Origin: Patescibacteria group bacterium
GTDB taxonomy: Bacteria; Patescibacteriota; Minisyncoccia; Phycocordibacterales; UBA12079
Direction: 5' to 3'
NCBI GenBank assembly: GCA_034661035.1
Contig: JAYEKM010000008.1
Span: 11,677 to 75,676, forward strand
DNA: 64,000 nucleotides
Under the pieces are notes generated by a model. That model was not told the origin of the DNA and made no database searches. It saw only the letters and a program-made list of their open reading frames with translations. Below, one piece after another: positions 35,648 to 45,933 of this stretch. Made by a program: the position numbers and the translations under genes. Numbering within the stretch: position 1 is the first letter of the stretch; each line of letters opens with the position of its first letter.

Positions 35648-37582
35648 ATGACCCAGTCAAAAACAAAAATCGAAAAATTATTTGATACCGATAATAAATC
35701 AACTTACATTATAAGCGAAATTGGGATAAACCATAACGGATCTCTCAAAACTGCTCTAGAACTTATTAAAGCTTCAAAAGAAGCAGGGGTAGATGCTGTT
35801 AAATTTCAGAAAAGGAATCTTAAAAAAATATATTCTGATGGTATTTTAAACAATCCAAATAATGCTGAGTGGAATTTTGATTATTTAATACCTCTTCTAA
35901 AAGAAATAGAATTATCAAAACAAGATTACAAAGTAATAAAAAAAACTTGCGATGAATTAAGCCTTGATTTAATAATAACACCTTTTGATGAAGATTCAGC
36001 TGAATTTGTTCATAAATTAGGTGTAGTTGCATACAAAATATCCTCTTCGGACATGACTAATTTTAACTTGATAAAAAAATGTGCTTCTTACAATTTACCG
36101 CTAATCATTTCAACTGGAATGTGGGACAAAAAAGATATCCAGAAATGTGTCAATTTTTATAAAAATAATAATATTAACTATGCTTTGTTATTAACAAATT
36201 CAACCTACCCAGCTCCATACGAATCAACACATTTAAAATTTATAGAGGAATTAAAAAAGATGAGTAATATAGTAGGTTACTCTGGACATGAGAGAGGTAT
36301 TTTTATTCCTGTCGCTGCTGTAGCCTTAGGGGCAAAAATAATAGAAAAACATATTACTTTCAGTAGAAATGATTATATAAAGGTAGGAAATAAACTCAGA
36401 CAACAACAAAAAGGTCCTGACCATAAAGCATCTCTCCTCCCTGAGGAATTTACTGAAATGGTAAATAATATAAGAAACTTAGAAAAATCACTCCAAAGAG
36501 ATAAGGACATAAATCAAGCTGAAAAATTAAATAGGGAGGCTTTCGCTAAATCAGCAACAGCAAAACATTTTCTGAAAAAAGGACATATTCTAACCGAAAG
36601 CGATATAATTTTTAGAGCCCCTGGTAAAGGTATATTTCCTCACGAAATAAATGAATACATTAAAAAGAAATTAACAAAAGATGTATTAAAAGATAAATAT
36701 ATCTCTAAAAATGATTTTAAAAATAACCTGTCAACAAAAGGATGGGAGAAATTTAATTTTTCGCAAAAATGGGGATTGAAATGTCGATTTCATGACTATG
36801 AAAAGTTAAAACAAATAAAACCCCCTGTTTTAGAATTTCATTTTTCTGACACTGATTTAGATGTTAGCTTTGATGAGGGGAATAATGAATCTGAGTTGAT
36901 AGTGCATGCTCCTGAAATAGTAGACAGAAAACTTATAAATTTTTGTTCTAATGATCCAGAAATTGTTAACATGTCAATAAAAACAATTCAAAAAACAATA
37001 GATAAAGCTACAAAACTTGGGAAAAAGTGGACCAAGGCAAAGACAAAGTTAGTAATTCATCTCGGAGGAATGCAGTTGAATAAATCAACTAATAAAAATA
37101 TATATACTGAATGCTTAAATAATGCTATAAATAATTTCAGTAAACTAAAATATTCACCAGATGATATAGAGATACTACCTGAAAATTTACCATCGAGACC
37201 ATGGTACCTTAACGGAGAATGGTATCAATATGGATTCACTCGAGCAGAAGATATGCTAAAATTTTGCAAACACTTTAATTTAGGAATGACCTTTGATATA
37301 TGCCATGCGGCCTTATATTGTAACAACGAGAAAGAGAGTTTGGTAGATTACGCAAAAAAAATAAGGCTGATAACTAAACATATACATATATCAGACGCAA
37401 AAGGAACTAGCGGTGAAGGAATCCAAATAAATAAAGGAGAGATAAATTTTAAAGAAGTTCTTGATGTCTTCAAAAATAAAAATTTTTCTTGGGTAACAGA
37501 AATATGGAGCGGTCATTTACACGAAGGGATTGAAACTTATAAAGCACTACTAAAATTAGAAAAATTCAATGAAATTTTATAG
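35648..37582 (+). CDS. N-acetylneuraminate synthase family (NeuB+SAF) fused to AP-endonuclease-2/xylose-isomerase-like TIM barrel
   Basis: EIGINHNG, AVKFQKR, ISTGM, GYSGHE, IEKHIT; C-terminal VHAPE, ENLP, FDICH, HIHISDA, EIW.GH. Confidence 0.88.
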   Translation: MTQSKTKIEKLFDTDNKSTYIISEIGINHNGSLKTALELIKASKEAGVDAVKFQKRNLKKIYSDGILNNPNNAEWNFDYLIPLLKEIELSKQDYKVIKKTCDELSLDLIITPFDEDSAEFVHKLGVVAYKISSSDMTNFNLIKKCASYNLPLIISTGMWDKKDIQKCVNFYKNNNINYALLLTNSTYPAPYESTHLKFIEELKKMSNIVGYSGHERGIFIPVAAVALGAKIIEKHITFSRNDYIKVGNKLRQQQKGPDHKASLLPEEFTEMVNNIRNLEKSLQRDKDINQAEKLNREAFAKSATAKHFLKKGHILTESDIIFRAPGKGIFPHEINEYIKKKLTKDVLKDKYISKNDFKNNLSTKGWEKFNFSQKWGLKCRFHDYEKLKQIKPPVLEFHFSDTDLDVSFDEGNNESELIVHAPEIVDRKLINFCSNDPEIVNMSIKTIQKTIDKATKLGKKWTKAKTKLVIHLGGMQLNKSTNKNIYTECLNNAINNFSKLKYSPDDIEILPENLPSRPWYLNGEWYQYGFTRAEDMLKFCKHFNLGMTFDICHAALYCNNEKESLVDYAKKIRLITKHIHISDAKGTSGEGIQINKGEINFKEVLDVFKNKNFSWVTEIWSGHLHEGIETYKALLKLEKFNEIL

Positions 37583-37609
37583 TTATATAAAGCAATAAAT
37601 TAAATAAAT

Positions 37610-38572
37610 ATGAACTTAAAAAAAATAAAAAGTGATATAAAAGGGCCTGTCTTTCCAATTATTACTCCATTTACAAAAAAACATGGGGTAGACTATAAGA
37701 AGGTAAGAGAATACATAGATTTTTTATATCAAGGCGGTGCTAGAATTTTTCATGTCATGGTTCATTCCAGCAGAATTGGACTTCTGTCTGAAAAGGAGAT
37801 TATCAAGTTAAATAAAACTGTTACAAATCATACAAAATCAAAATATAAAGATTGTATTGTAATTGCAAGTGGACCAATTATAGGGTCTACTCGTCTTAAT
37901 ATTAAGATAGCAGAGGAAGCTGAAAAAGCAGGGGCAGATATAATAGGAATAATTTTTTCCGAAAGATATTACTTTAAAGATCAAATCGTAAAATATTACA
38001 AAGAAATAGCTACCAGAGTAAAGATAGGGATTCTTATTCATGAAGAACAATTAAATTCAATTCACGGAACTAAAAAAGCTCAATTTCCTCTTGATGTCCT
38101 TGATAAAATTGCTGGTATAAAAAACGTAGTTGCAATTAAAGAAGATTCAAAAAATCATGAATTTAGCTTAAAAACTATTAAATTGCTAAAAGAAAGACTC
38201 GCTATCATTGTTTCAGGAGCTGCAAAAAAACAATTCTTGGCAAGTGCTCCATATGGCTGTCACGCTTATCTAGTTGGGGTTGGTAATTTTGCCCCGTTAG
38301 TAGCCACACAATTTTACAAATATTATTTAGAAGGTAATTTAGAAATGTGTAATGAAATAATAAATGAAATAGAAACACCGTTTCTTCAAATTGCAAAAGA
38401 ATTAGGTTGGCATATCGGGTTAAAATCAGCCATGGAAATAACCAGGGTTATGAACAGAGATGAGAGACCACCATTAGAAAAATTATCTTTAACTCAACAT
38501 AAAAAAATAGAAAGTGTTTTGAAACAGATACAAAATAAATCTATCTGGAAAAAAGTGAATAAACAAAAATGA
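37610..38572 (+). CDS. Dihydrodipicolinate synthase/N-acetylneuraminate lyase-family aldolase (divergent)
   Basis: PIITPF, AEKAGAD, NVVAIKEDS Schiff-base Lys, RPPL; GTTGE replaced by HSSRI. Confidence 0.8.
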   Translation: MNLKKIKSDIKGPVFPIITPFTKKHGVDYKKVREYIDFLYQGGARIFHVMVHSSRIGLLSEKEIIKLNKTVTNHTKSKYKDCIVIASGPIIGSTRLNIKIAEEAEKAGADIIGIIFSERYYFKDQIVKYYKEIATRVKIGILIHEEQLNSIHGTKKAQFPLDVLDKIAGIKNVVAIKEDSKNHEFSLKTIKLLKERLAIIVSGAAKKQFLASAPYGCHAYLVGVGNFAPLVATQFYKYYLEGNLEMCNEIINEIETPFLQIAKELGWHIGLKSAMEITRVMNRDERPPLEKLSLTQHKKIESVLKQIQNKSIWKKVNKQK

Positions 38573-40080
38573 AATTAAAACAAGCCACAGAGATAATAAT
38601 TGATATTGAAAATTTAGTCCCTGTAGACCAAATAGAATTTAAGGATATCAAAATATGGCCATTGATTAGATCTGAAATATGGAAACAGCTAACCAACCCT
38701 GTAAAAGAAAGAAGTTCCTTAGAAAGTTCAGCGTCAACTAACAAAAATTATTTCGAAAAAATTATTTCGAAAATATTAAGAGTATTCACTTACACAAAAT
38801 ATTCTCTTTTCAAAAAAAAACAAAAACAAAAACAAGTTATCTTTCTTCCTTCCCCTAACAACAGATGGGAAAAAGTTAACGGGCAATATCTTAAACCTTT
38901 TTCTAATAGTTTACAGGACATTTTGAGAGAAATGAAAATTAAATCTATCATACTTAATTATTCGTCAACAAATCCTAAACCTCTCTACGGAAATTTTTAT
39001 CATATACGAAAAGAAATTGAACATGCTCATTCAACACAAAGAATATTACTGCTTCTGGAAAAAATCTTTAATTTAAACAAAAAACCAAGTAAAGTTTACC
39101 ACTGGGACACATTGATTAAATTTATTAGTTTTAAATATCCTATTTTATCATTAGATAAACAGTCTATAATTGATCAAACAAATAACATAATTTCTTATGA
39201 AAAAATATTCAAAAAAATATTCAAAAAGATCAAACCAAAATTATGCTTTTTAATATGCTATTATTGTCCAATAAACATGGGTTATATAAAAGCGTGTAGA
39301 TCATTAGGGATAAAAAGTGTTGAAATCCAACATGGACAACAAGGTGATTTTCATGGAATGTACACCCATTGGACCAAATTACCTCAAAACGGTTATGAAC
39401 TTCTCCCTTCACATTGGTGGAGTTGGGGAAATAAATCTGCGGAACGAATTAATAATTGGTCTAAAACAGTACACCCCGAACATCAGGCCATTGTAGGAGG
39501 AAATCCATGGATAGCTAAAAATATCAATCAAGATTATAAAATAGATGACACTTATATTGATAAATTAGAAAAGATATTGACATTAAAAAATAAAATTAAT
39601 GTTTTGGTTGCATTACAGCCAATTGAAATACCGATAAGTAATACTCTTTTTGAAGCAATTAAGAATTCCCCTTCAAAAATTAACTGGCTTATCAGACTAC
39701 ATCCAGCAATGAGTAAACAAAAAAATGAAATTGAACAATTCCTTAAAAAAACTAACAACAAAAATATTGATATTGATTATAATTATAAAATACCATTATT
39801 TAATATTCTAAAAAGAGTTGATTTTCTTATCACACCATGGTCATCAATAGCATATGAAGCACTTTTATTTAAAGTTCACCCAATCATTATTCACCCAAAC
39901 GGAAAAGATACTTTTACTGAATATATAAACGAAGGATTGTTTACTTACGCCGATTCTTCACAGAAAATAATAAATGTAATAGAAACAAATAAAAATAAAT
40001 TTATATTTAATGAAAAACAATATTATATAGAGATAGATATATTTAAAATAAAAAATTTATTAAAAAAAATAATAAAATAA
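38569..40080 (+). CDS. Putative GT-B fold nonulosonic acid transferase / capsule biosynthesis protein
   Basis: VEIQHG, GNPW, IRLHP, SSIAYEA motifs; follows NeuA/NeuB. Confidence 0.5.
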   Translation: MKLKQATEIIIDIENLVPVDQIEFKDIKIWPLIRSEIWKQLTNPVKERSSLESSASTNKNYFEKIISKILRVFTYTKYSLFKKKQKQKQVIFLPSPNNRWEKVNGQYLKPFSNSLQDILREMKIKSIILNYSSTNPKPLYGNFYHIRKEIEHAHSTQRILLLLEKIFNLNKKPSKVYHWDTLIKFISFKYPILSLDKQSIIDQTNNIISYEKIFKKIFKKIKPKLCFLICYYCPINMGYIKACRSLGIKSVEIQHGQQGDFHGMYTHWTKLPQNGYELLPSHWWSWGNKSAERINNWSKTVHPEHQAIVGGNPWIAKNINQDYKIDDTYIDKLEKILTLKNKINVLVALQPIEIPISNTLFEAIKNSPSKINWLIRLHPAMSKQKNEIEQFLKKTNNKNIDIDYNYKIPLFNILKRVDFLITPWSSIAYEALLFKVHPIIIHPNGKDTFTEYINEGLFTYADSSQKIINVIETNKNKFIFNEKQYYIEIDIFKIKNLLKKIIK

Positions 40081-40081
40081 A

Positions 40082-41782
40082 ATGGAAACAGCACCAATTA
40101 CATTGTTTGTATATAATCGCCCAAAGCATACAAAAAAAACAGTGGAGGCTTTGCAAAAAAATTTTCTTTCAAAAGAAAGCACTCTTTTTATATTTTCTGA
40201 TGGATATAAAAATAAAAATGATAAAAAAAACGTTGCAAAAGTAAGAAATTACTTAAAAACAATTTCTGGTTTTAGGAAAATTACGATAATTGAAAGAAAT
40301 AAGAACTTTGGTTTATCAAAATCAATTATTTTAGGAGTAACGGAAATCATAAATAAATACAAAAAAATTATTGTACTAGAAGACGATTTAGTCACATCCC
40401 CTTATTTTTTAAGCTACATGAATAAAGGTCTTGCCTTGTATAAAGAAGAAGGTGATGTAATCAGTATACATGGTTATATCTACCCCATGAAAGGTAAATT
40501 TCCCGAAACTTTTTTTATTAAGGGGGCAGATTGTTGGGGATGGGCAACATGGAAGAGAGGGTGGGATATTTTTAATCCTGACGGAAAAAAATTATTAGAA
40601 GGACTAAAAACAAAAAAACTATCCAAACAATTTGATTTTGACAGAAATTATAATTATACTAAAATGCTAAGAAATCAAATTGACAAAAAAAATGATTCTT
40701 GGGCGATTAGATGGTACGCGTCTGCTTTTTTATCCAATAAATTAACCCTTTATCCAAAAAAATCTCTTGTGCAAAATATAGGGATAGACGATAGCGGAAC
40801 TCATTGTAAAAATTCTACAACTTATAAAGTATCTCTCTCAAATAAAGAAATTACTGTAAAAAAAATACCCATAATAGAAAATAAAAAAGTTAGAAAAAAA
40901 ATTATAAAATATTTCAAATCTGTTAGAAAAAATTCTTTTTATTCTTTTCTTAAAAAAATAAGAATAGTTTTAATAAAAATCTTAAAAAATATTACCCCTC
41001 CAATCATATTAAAAATTTCCAAAAAAAAGCCTAAATATGGATTTTTTGGTAATTATAAAACGTGGAAAGAGGCTCTGAAAAGGTCAGGTGGGTATGATGA
41101 TGAAAAAATTTTAGAAAAAGTGAAAGAATCATTACTCAAGATAAAAAATAGGGAAGCTGTTTACGAAAGAGATTCTTTTTTGTTTAATAAAACACAATAC
41201 TCATGGCCTATCACGACATCTCTTCTTTGGGTAAAATCACAAAATAATGATGACACCTTAAACATAATAGATTTTGGAGGATCTTTAGGAAGTAGTTATT
41301 ATCAAAATAAGAAATTCTTAGATTACATAAAAAATTTGAGATGGAACATCATTGAACAGAAAAATTTTGTTCAATGTGGAAAAGAATATTTTCAGGATAA
41401 TCAGTTAAAATTTTATAAAAATATAGACGATTGTTTGAAGGAAACAAAACCTGACACTATCTTAATTTCTAGCACCATTCAGTATCTAGAAAACCCTTAT
41501 AAATTTTTACAAAAAATTATAAATTACAATTTTAAATTTATAATCTTTGATAGAACAACCTTCTTAAAAAAGAACAGTGGCGAAAGAATAACTATACAAA
41601 AAGTAAGTCCGAAAATTTATGATGCTAGCTACCCAACATGGTTTTTGAATGAGCAAAAATTTTTAGAAATTTTAAACAATAAGTACAACTTAATAGAAGA
41701 TTTTTTATCTCTTCCAAACGAAATAATACTTGGGGACAAAACAAAAGCAGTAGAAAAAGGTTTTATATTCAAAAGAAAATAA
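40082..41782 (+). CDS. Fused GT2-like glycosyltransferase + SAM methyltransferase (TIGR04325-like)
   Basis: LFVYNRP, LEDD, CWGWATW; then YERDS, IDFGGSLGSSYYQ, IIFDRT. Confidence 0.8.
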   Translation: METAPITLFVYNRPKHTKKTVEALQKNFLSKESTLFIFSDGYKNKNDKKNVAKVRNYLKTISGFRKITIIERNKNFGLSKSIILGVTEIINKYKKIIVLEDDLVTSPYFLSYMNKGLALYKEEGDVISIHGYIYPMKGKFPETFFIKGADCWGWATWKRGWDIFNPDGKKLLEGLKTKKLSKQFDFDRNYNYTKMLRNQIDKKNDSWAIRWYASAFLSNKLTLYPKKSLVQNIGIDDSGTHCKNSTTYKVSLSNKEITVKKIPIIENKKVRKKIIKYFKSVRKNSFYSFLKKIRIVLIKILKNITPPIILKISKKKPKYGFFGNYKTWKEALKRSGGYDDEKILEKVKESLLKIKNREAVYERDSFLFNKTQYSWPITTSLLWVKSQNNDDTLNIIDFGGSLGSSYYQNKKFLDYIKNLRWNIIEQKNFVQCGKEYFQDNQLKFYKNIDDCLKETKPDTILISSTIQYLENPYKFLQKIINYNFKFIIFDRTTFLKKNSGERITIQKVSPKIYDASYPTWFLNEQKFLEILNNKYNLIEDFLSLPNEIILGDKTKAVEKGFIFKRK

Positions 41783-41786
41783 ATTT

Positions 41787-42788
41787 ATGTTAAATTTTTG
41801 TACTTTATTTGATAGAAACTATTTTTATAAAGGGTTAACAATGTATAATTCTTTAAAGAATAGCTGTAATGAAGATTTTAGTCTTTGGATTTTATGTATG
41901 GACAATATTACCTATAACCTTCTGAAAAAAATGGATCTGCCAAATATAAAATTAATTACTTTGCAAGAATTTGAAACCTTAGAATTACTTAAACTAAAAA
42001 AAGAAAGAAGCTTATCAGAATATTCCTGGACATGTGCTTCTAATTTTGTCTGGTTTCTCTTGCAAAAACATAACCAAATAAAAACAATAATTTATTTAGA
42101 CGCTGATATTTATTTTTTCAATAGTCCTAGTATTTTAATCGAAGAATTAAGAGACAAGGATGTTATAATAACTGAACATCGTTACACCAAAAAATACAAT
42201 CAGACAGTCACCAGCGGAAAATATTGTGTTCAATTTATGGTTTTTAAAAATAATCTAAATGGATTAAAAATTCTTAATTGGTGGCGTAAAAAATGTCTTA
42301 ATTGGTGTCCAAATTCTATTAACAATGCCAGTTTTAATGATCAAAAATATTTAGATGATTGGCCAATTCGTTTTAAAAAAATTCACGAATTACAACACCT
42401 AGGGGGGGGTGTGGCCCCTTGGAATGTTCAACAATATATATTTTTTAATAAAAATTCTGTAATTATCGGAAAAGAAAAAGTCTCAAATAAACAATTCCCC
42501 TTGGTATTTTATCACTTTCATGATTTTTATTTAATATCCAGAAATAAATATTACTGTTGTAAAAATTATGCATTAAGTAAAAATATTAAAAAAAATATTT
42601 ATGAACCATACTTTAAAAATCTTCAGAATAGTATATTATCAACTAAAATTATAAATCCAAAATTTAACTTTGGTTTTAGAGATATCAACCTCAAAATCAC
42701 TCATAGACTATATACCTATATAATTAAAAACTATTATTTTAAAAAAATATATAAAAAATATGAACGGAAATATAAAAATAAAAGTTAG
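41787..42788 (+). CDS. Glycosyltransferase (GT-A, GT8-like)
   Basis: FCTLFD.NY, YLDADIYFF, DQKYLD.W, VAPWN, FYHFH. Confidence 0.75.
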   Translation: MLNFCTLFDRNYFYKGLTMYNSLKNSCNEDFSLWILCMDNITYNLLKKMDLPNIKLITLQEFETLELLKLKKERSLSEYSWTCASNFVWFLLQKHNQIKTIIYLDADIYFFNSPSILIEELRDKDVIITEHRYTKKYNQTVTSGKYCVQFMVFKNNLNGLKILNWWRKKCLNWCPNSINNASFNDQKYLDDWPIRFKKIHELQHLGGGVAPWNVQQYIFFNKNSVIIGKEKVSNKQFPLVFYHFHDFYLISRNKYYCCKNYALSKNIKKNIYEPYFKNLQNSILSTKIINPKFNFGFRDINLKITHRLYTYIIKNYYFKKIYKKYERKYKNKS

Positions 42789-43188
42789 ACATTCAAGAAT
42801 TATAAAATTACAATCTTACAATGATTTTCCTGATGGGAATCTAGTTATTGCTGAATCAAAAAAAAATATTCCTTTCGAAATCAAGAGAGTGTATTTTATA
42901 AATAATTTATTTAATAATGAAGCGATCCGAGGAAAACATGCTCATAAAAAATTAAAACAGGTTATCTTTTGTATCAATGGTCATTTCACTTTACATTTGG
43001 ACGATGGAAAAAACAAGCAGAAAATTACACTGAATGATCCGTCATGTGGTATTTATCTTGGGTCAAAATTATGGCATACAATGAATAATTTTTCATCTGA
43101 CTGTGTTATATTAGTTTTAGCTGAAGATTATTATGATGAAAAAGATTATATCAGAAATTATGATAATTTTTTAAAATACACAAAATAA
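42760..43188 (+). CDS. fdtA: dTDP-4-keto-6-deoxyhexose 3,4-ketoisomerase (FdtA/QdtA cupin)
   Basis: GNL..E....PFEIKRVY, RGKHAH, WHTM, YDEKDYIR.Y. Confidence 0.88.
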   Translation: MNGNIKIKVRHSRIIKLQSYNDFPDGNLVIAESKKNIPFEIKRVYFINNLFNNEAIRGKHAHKKLKQVIFCINGHFTLHLDDGKNKQKITLNDPSCGIYLGSKLWHTMNNFSSDCVILVLAEDYYDEKDYIRNYDNFLKYTK

Positions 43189-43190
43189 AT

Positions 43191-44282
43191 ATGAAAATTC
43201 CTTTTTTTGACTATAAAAGACAGCTAAAAATTCTAAGGTTAGAAATAGACCAATGTATTAAAAATGTTTTAAATTCAGGAAAATTAATTTTAGGGGATGA
43301 GGTAAGTAAATTTGAAAATAATTTTGCCAATTTTATTGGAACTAAATATGCAATAGGAGTAAATTCAGGAACTGATGCAATCAAAATAGCTCTTAAAGCC
43401 TTGGGAGTTAAAAAAGATGATGAAATAATAACGGTAGCCAACACAGCAATCCCAACGATAAGTGCGATAAGAGAAGTTGGAGCAATACCTAAATTTATTG
43501 ATATAAAAGATAATTTTACGATGGATGAAAATAAAATAGAAGAAAAAATAACAAAAAAGACAAAAATTATCCTACCTGTACATTTACATGGACAACCATG
43601 TAATATGAAAAAAATTGTTGAAATCGCAAAAAAGTACAAGATTAAAGTAATAGAAGACTGTGCTCAGTCCCATGGTGCAATCTTAGAAAATAAAATAGTA
43701 GGAAGTTTTGGAAATATAAGCTGTTTTAGTTTTTACCCAACCAAAAATTTAGGAGCTTACGGTGATGCTGGAATAATTTTAACTTCCGATAAAAAATTAT
43801 TTAATAGATGCAAGATGTTAAGAACTTATGGAATAAGAGATAAATATTATTCTTATATTGAAGGATATAATAGCAGACTGGATGAAATACAGGCAGGAAT
43901 ATTAAATGTAAAGATAAATTATCTAAATAAATGGAATAACAATCGTCGTCAAATTGCTAAATACTATTTGAGTAATATTAAAAATAATAAAATTAAATTA
44001 CCAAAAATAAAATATTTAGAGAATCATGTTTTCCATCTTTTCGTTATAAGAACCAGTCAAAGAAAAAAACTTACTGAATATTTACTTAAACATAATATTG
44101 GATATGGGATTCACTATGAATTCCCTATCCATCTACAAACTGCTTATAATTTTTTAAATTACAAAAAAGGAAGCTTACCAATCACAGAAAAATTTTCTAA
44201 ACAAATTATATCATTACCTATATTCCCAGAATTAACAAAAAAAGAAGTTGAATATGTAACAAATGTTATAAATAAATTCTAA
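43191..44282 (+). CDS. DegT/DnrJ/EryC1/StrS sugar aminotransferase (FdtB-like)
   Basis: NSGTDA, PVHLHGQ, EDCAQSHG, SFYPTKNLGAYGD, NSRLDEIQA. Confidence 0.92.
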   Translation: MKIPFFDYKRQLKILRLEIDQCIKNVLNSGKLILGDEVSKFENNFANFIGTKYAIGVNSGTDAIKIALKALGVKKDDEIITVANTAIPTISAIREVGAIPKFIDIKDNFTMDENKIEEKITKKTKIILPVHLHGQPCNMKKIVEIAKKYKIKVIEDCAQSHGAILENKIVGSFGNISCFSFYPTKNLGAYGDAGIILTSDKKLFNRCKMLRTYGIRDKYYSYIEGYNSRLDEIQAGILNVKINYLNKWNNNRRQIAKYYLSNIKNNKIKLPKIKYLENHVFHLFVIRTSQRKKLTEYLLKHNIGYGIHYEFPIHLQTAYNFLNYKKGSLPITEKFSKQIISLPIFPELTKKEVEYVTNVINKF

Positions 44283-44303
44283 AACTTATTCATAAAAATA
44301 TAA

Positions 44304-45023
44304 ATGAAAAATAGAATAATGAACATAATTTTAAATATAAAATTCAAAAAAGAATTTGAATTATTTGAAAAACTATCTAATAAAGATAACAGATTTGATA
44401 TTGACTGGGAGAATAGAAAATACCATGCAAATGATAATACAGAAAAAACCAAGTTTGATTCTCATTATATCTATCATCCAGCATGGGCTGCGAGAATTTT
44501 GGCACAAACAAAACCAAAAAAACACATCGATATATCCTCTACTCTACATTTTTGTTCGGTTGTTTCAGCTTTTATACCAATAGAATTTTATGATTATAGA
44601 CCAGCAAATATTAATTTAAATAATTTAACTTCAAAAAAAGCTAATATCAATTCCCTTCCTTTTACAGATAATAGCGTTAAATCCCTGTCTTGTATGCATA
44701 CAGTTGAACACATAGGATTAGGTAGATATGGTGATGAAATTGATCCAAACGGAGATTTGAAGGCAATAAGTGAGTTAAAAAGAGTTCTTGCTATAGAAGG
44801 AAATCTATTATTTGTTGTACCTGTTGGGAAGCCAAAAATTGTATTTAATGCACATAGAATATATTCTTATAACCAAATAATAGAATATTTCAAAGATTTT
44901 AAATTACAGAACTTTTCATTAATAACGGATAAAGGCCAATTTATTTTTAATTCAAATAAAGAAAATACCGATAATCAAAAATATGGTTGTGGGTGTTTTT
45001 GGTTTAAAAAAACAAAATTATGA
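44304..45023 (+). CDS. DUF268-like SAM-dependent methyltransferase
   Basis: HYIYHPAWAAR, HIDISS, EHIGLGRYGD, FNAHRIY. Confidence 0.8.
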   Translation: MKNRIMNIILNIKFKKEFELFEKLSNKDNRFDIDWENRKYHANDNTEKTKFDSHYIYHPAWAARILAQTKPKKHIDISSTLHFCSVVSAFIPIEFYDYRPANINLNNLTSKKANINSLPFTDNSVKSLSCMHTVEHIGLGRYGDEIDPNGDLKAISELKRVLAIEGNLLFVVPVGKPKIVFNAHRIYSYNQIIEYFKDFKLQNFSLITDKGQFIFNSNKENTDNQKYGCGCFWFKKTKL

Positions 45024-45922
45024 TAATAGTAAAAATAATGGGAGGAGTAGGTAATCAAATGTTCCAATATGCTCTAGGAAAAAACTTGTCTTTCTTAAAA
45101 AACGTAGACGTAAAATTTGACATTACTTGGTTTGATAAATTTGAAAAAGATACTGTCCCTCGTTATTACAGCTTACAAGAATTTAACATTACTGAAAAGA
45201 TAGCAACCAAAAAAGAAATAGGGAAAATGGAAAAATATAAAAAAATTAACGGTAGACGTAATTTTTTACACAATTTTTTCATAGCTAATGATTCTATTTA
45301 CGTAAGAGAGAGAAGTACTAATTTCGATAAAAGAATATTAGAGGTAAAAGATAATACATATTTGTATGGTTATTGGCAAAGCGAAAAATATTTTAAAAAT
45401 GTGAGAGATATAGTTCGTAAAGAATTTGTTCTTAAAAACAAACCTAGTAATAACTTTAAAGAAAGTATTAAATTGATAAATGAATTTGATAATAATTCTG
45501 TATCAATACATATAAGACGTGGTGATTATACTCTTAATAAGATTAAAAAAACAATAGGACTATGCCCCTTAGATTATTATTATAAAGCAATCAAATTTAT
45601 TAAAAAAAATATTAAAAATCCTATGTTTTTTATATTTACAGATGATGTTGAATGGGTTAAAAAAAATTTAAGAATAAATGACTCTATAAAATTTATTTCC
45701 AGAAGCAAGGTGATAAGTACAGAAAGTAAAAATAAAGACTATGAAGAACTAATCTTAATGAGTAGATGTAAAAATAATATTATAGCAAACAGTTCTTTTG
45801 GTTGGTGGGGAGCTTGGTTAAATAATAATCCTAATAAAATTGTTATTACTCCAAAACAGTGGTTTAAAAAACAAACAATGAACTCAGATGATATCCCTTT
45901 AAAATCTTGGTTAAGAATTTAA
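45020..45922 (+). CDS. GT11 alpha-1,2-fucosyltransferase family
   Basis: GGVGNQMFQYA, GYWQSEKYF, HIRRGDY, IANSSFGWWGAWL. Confidence 0.93.
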   Translation: MIIVKIMGGVGNQMFQYALGKNLSFLKNVDVKFDITWFDKFEKDTVPRYYSLQEFNITEKIATKKEIGKMEKYKKINGRRNFLHNFFIANDSIYVRERSTNFDKRILEVKDNTYLYGYWQSEKYFKNVRDIVRKEFVLKNKPSNNFKESIKLINEFDNNSVSIHIRRGDYTLNKIKKTIGLCPLDYYYKAIKFIKKNIKNPMFFIFTDDVEWVKKNLRINDSIKFISRSKVISTESKNKDYEELILMSRCKNNIIANSSFGWWGAWLNNNPNKIVITPKQWFKKQTMNSDDIPLKSWLRI

Positions 45923-45933
45923 AATTATATGAT

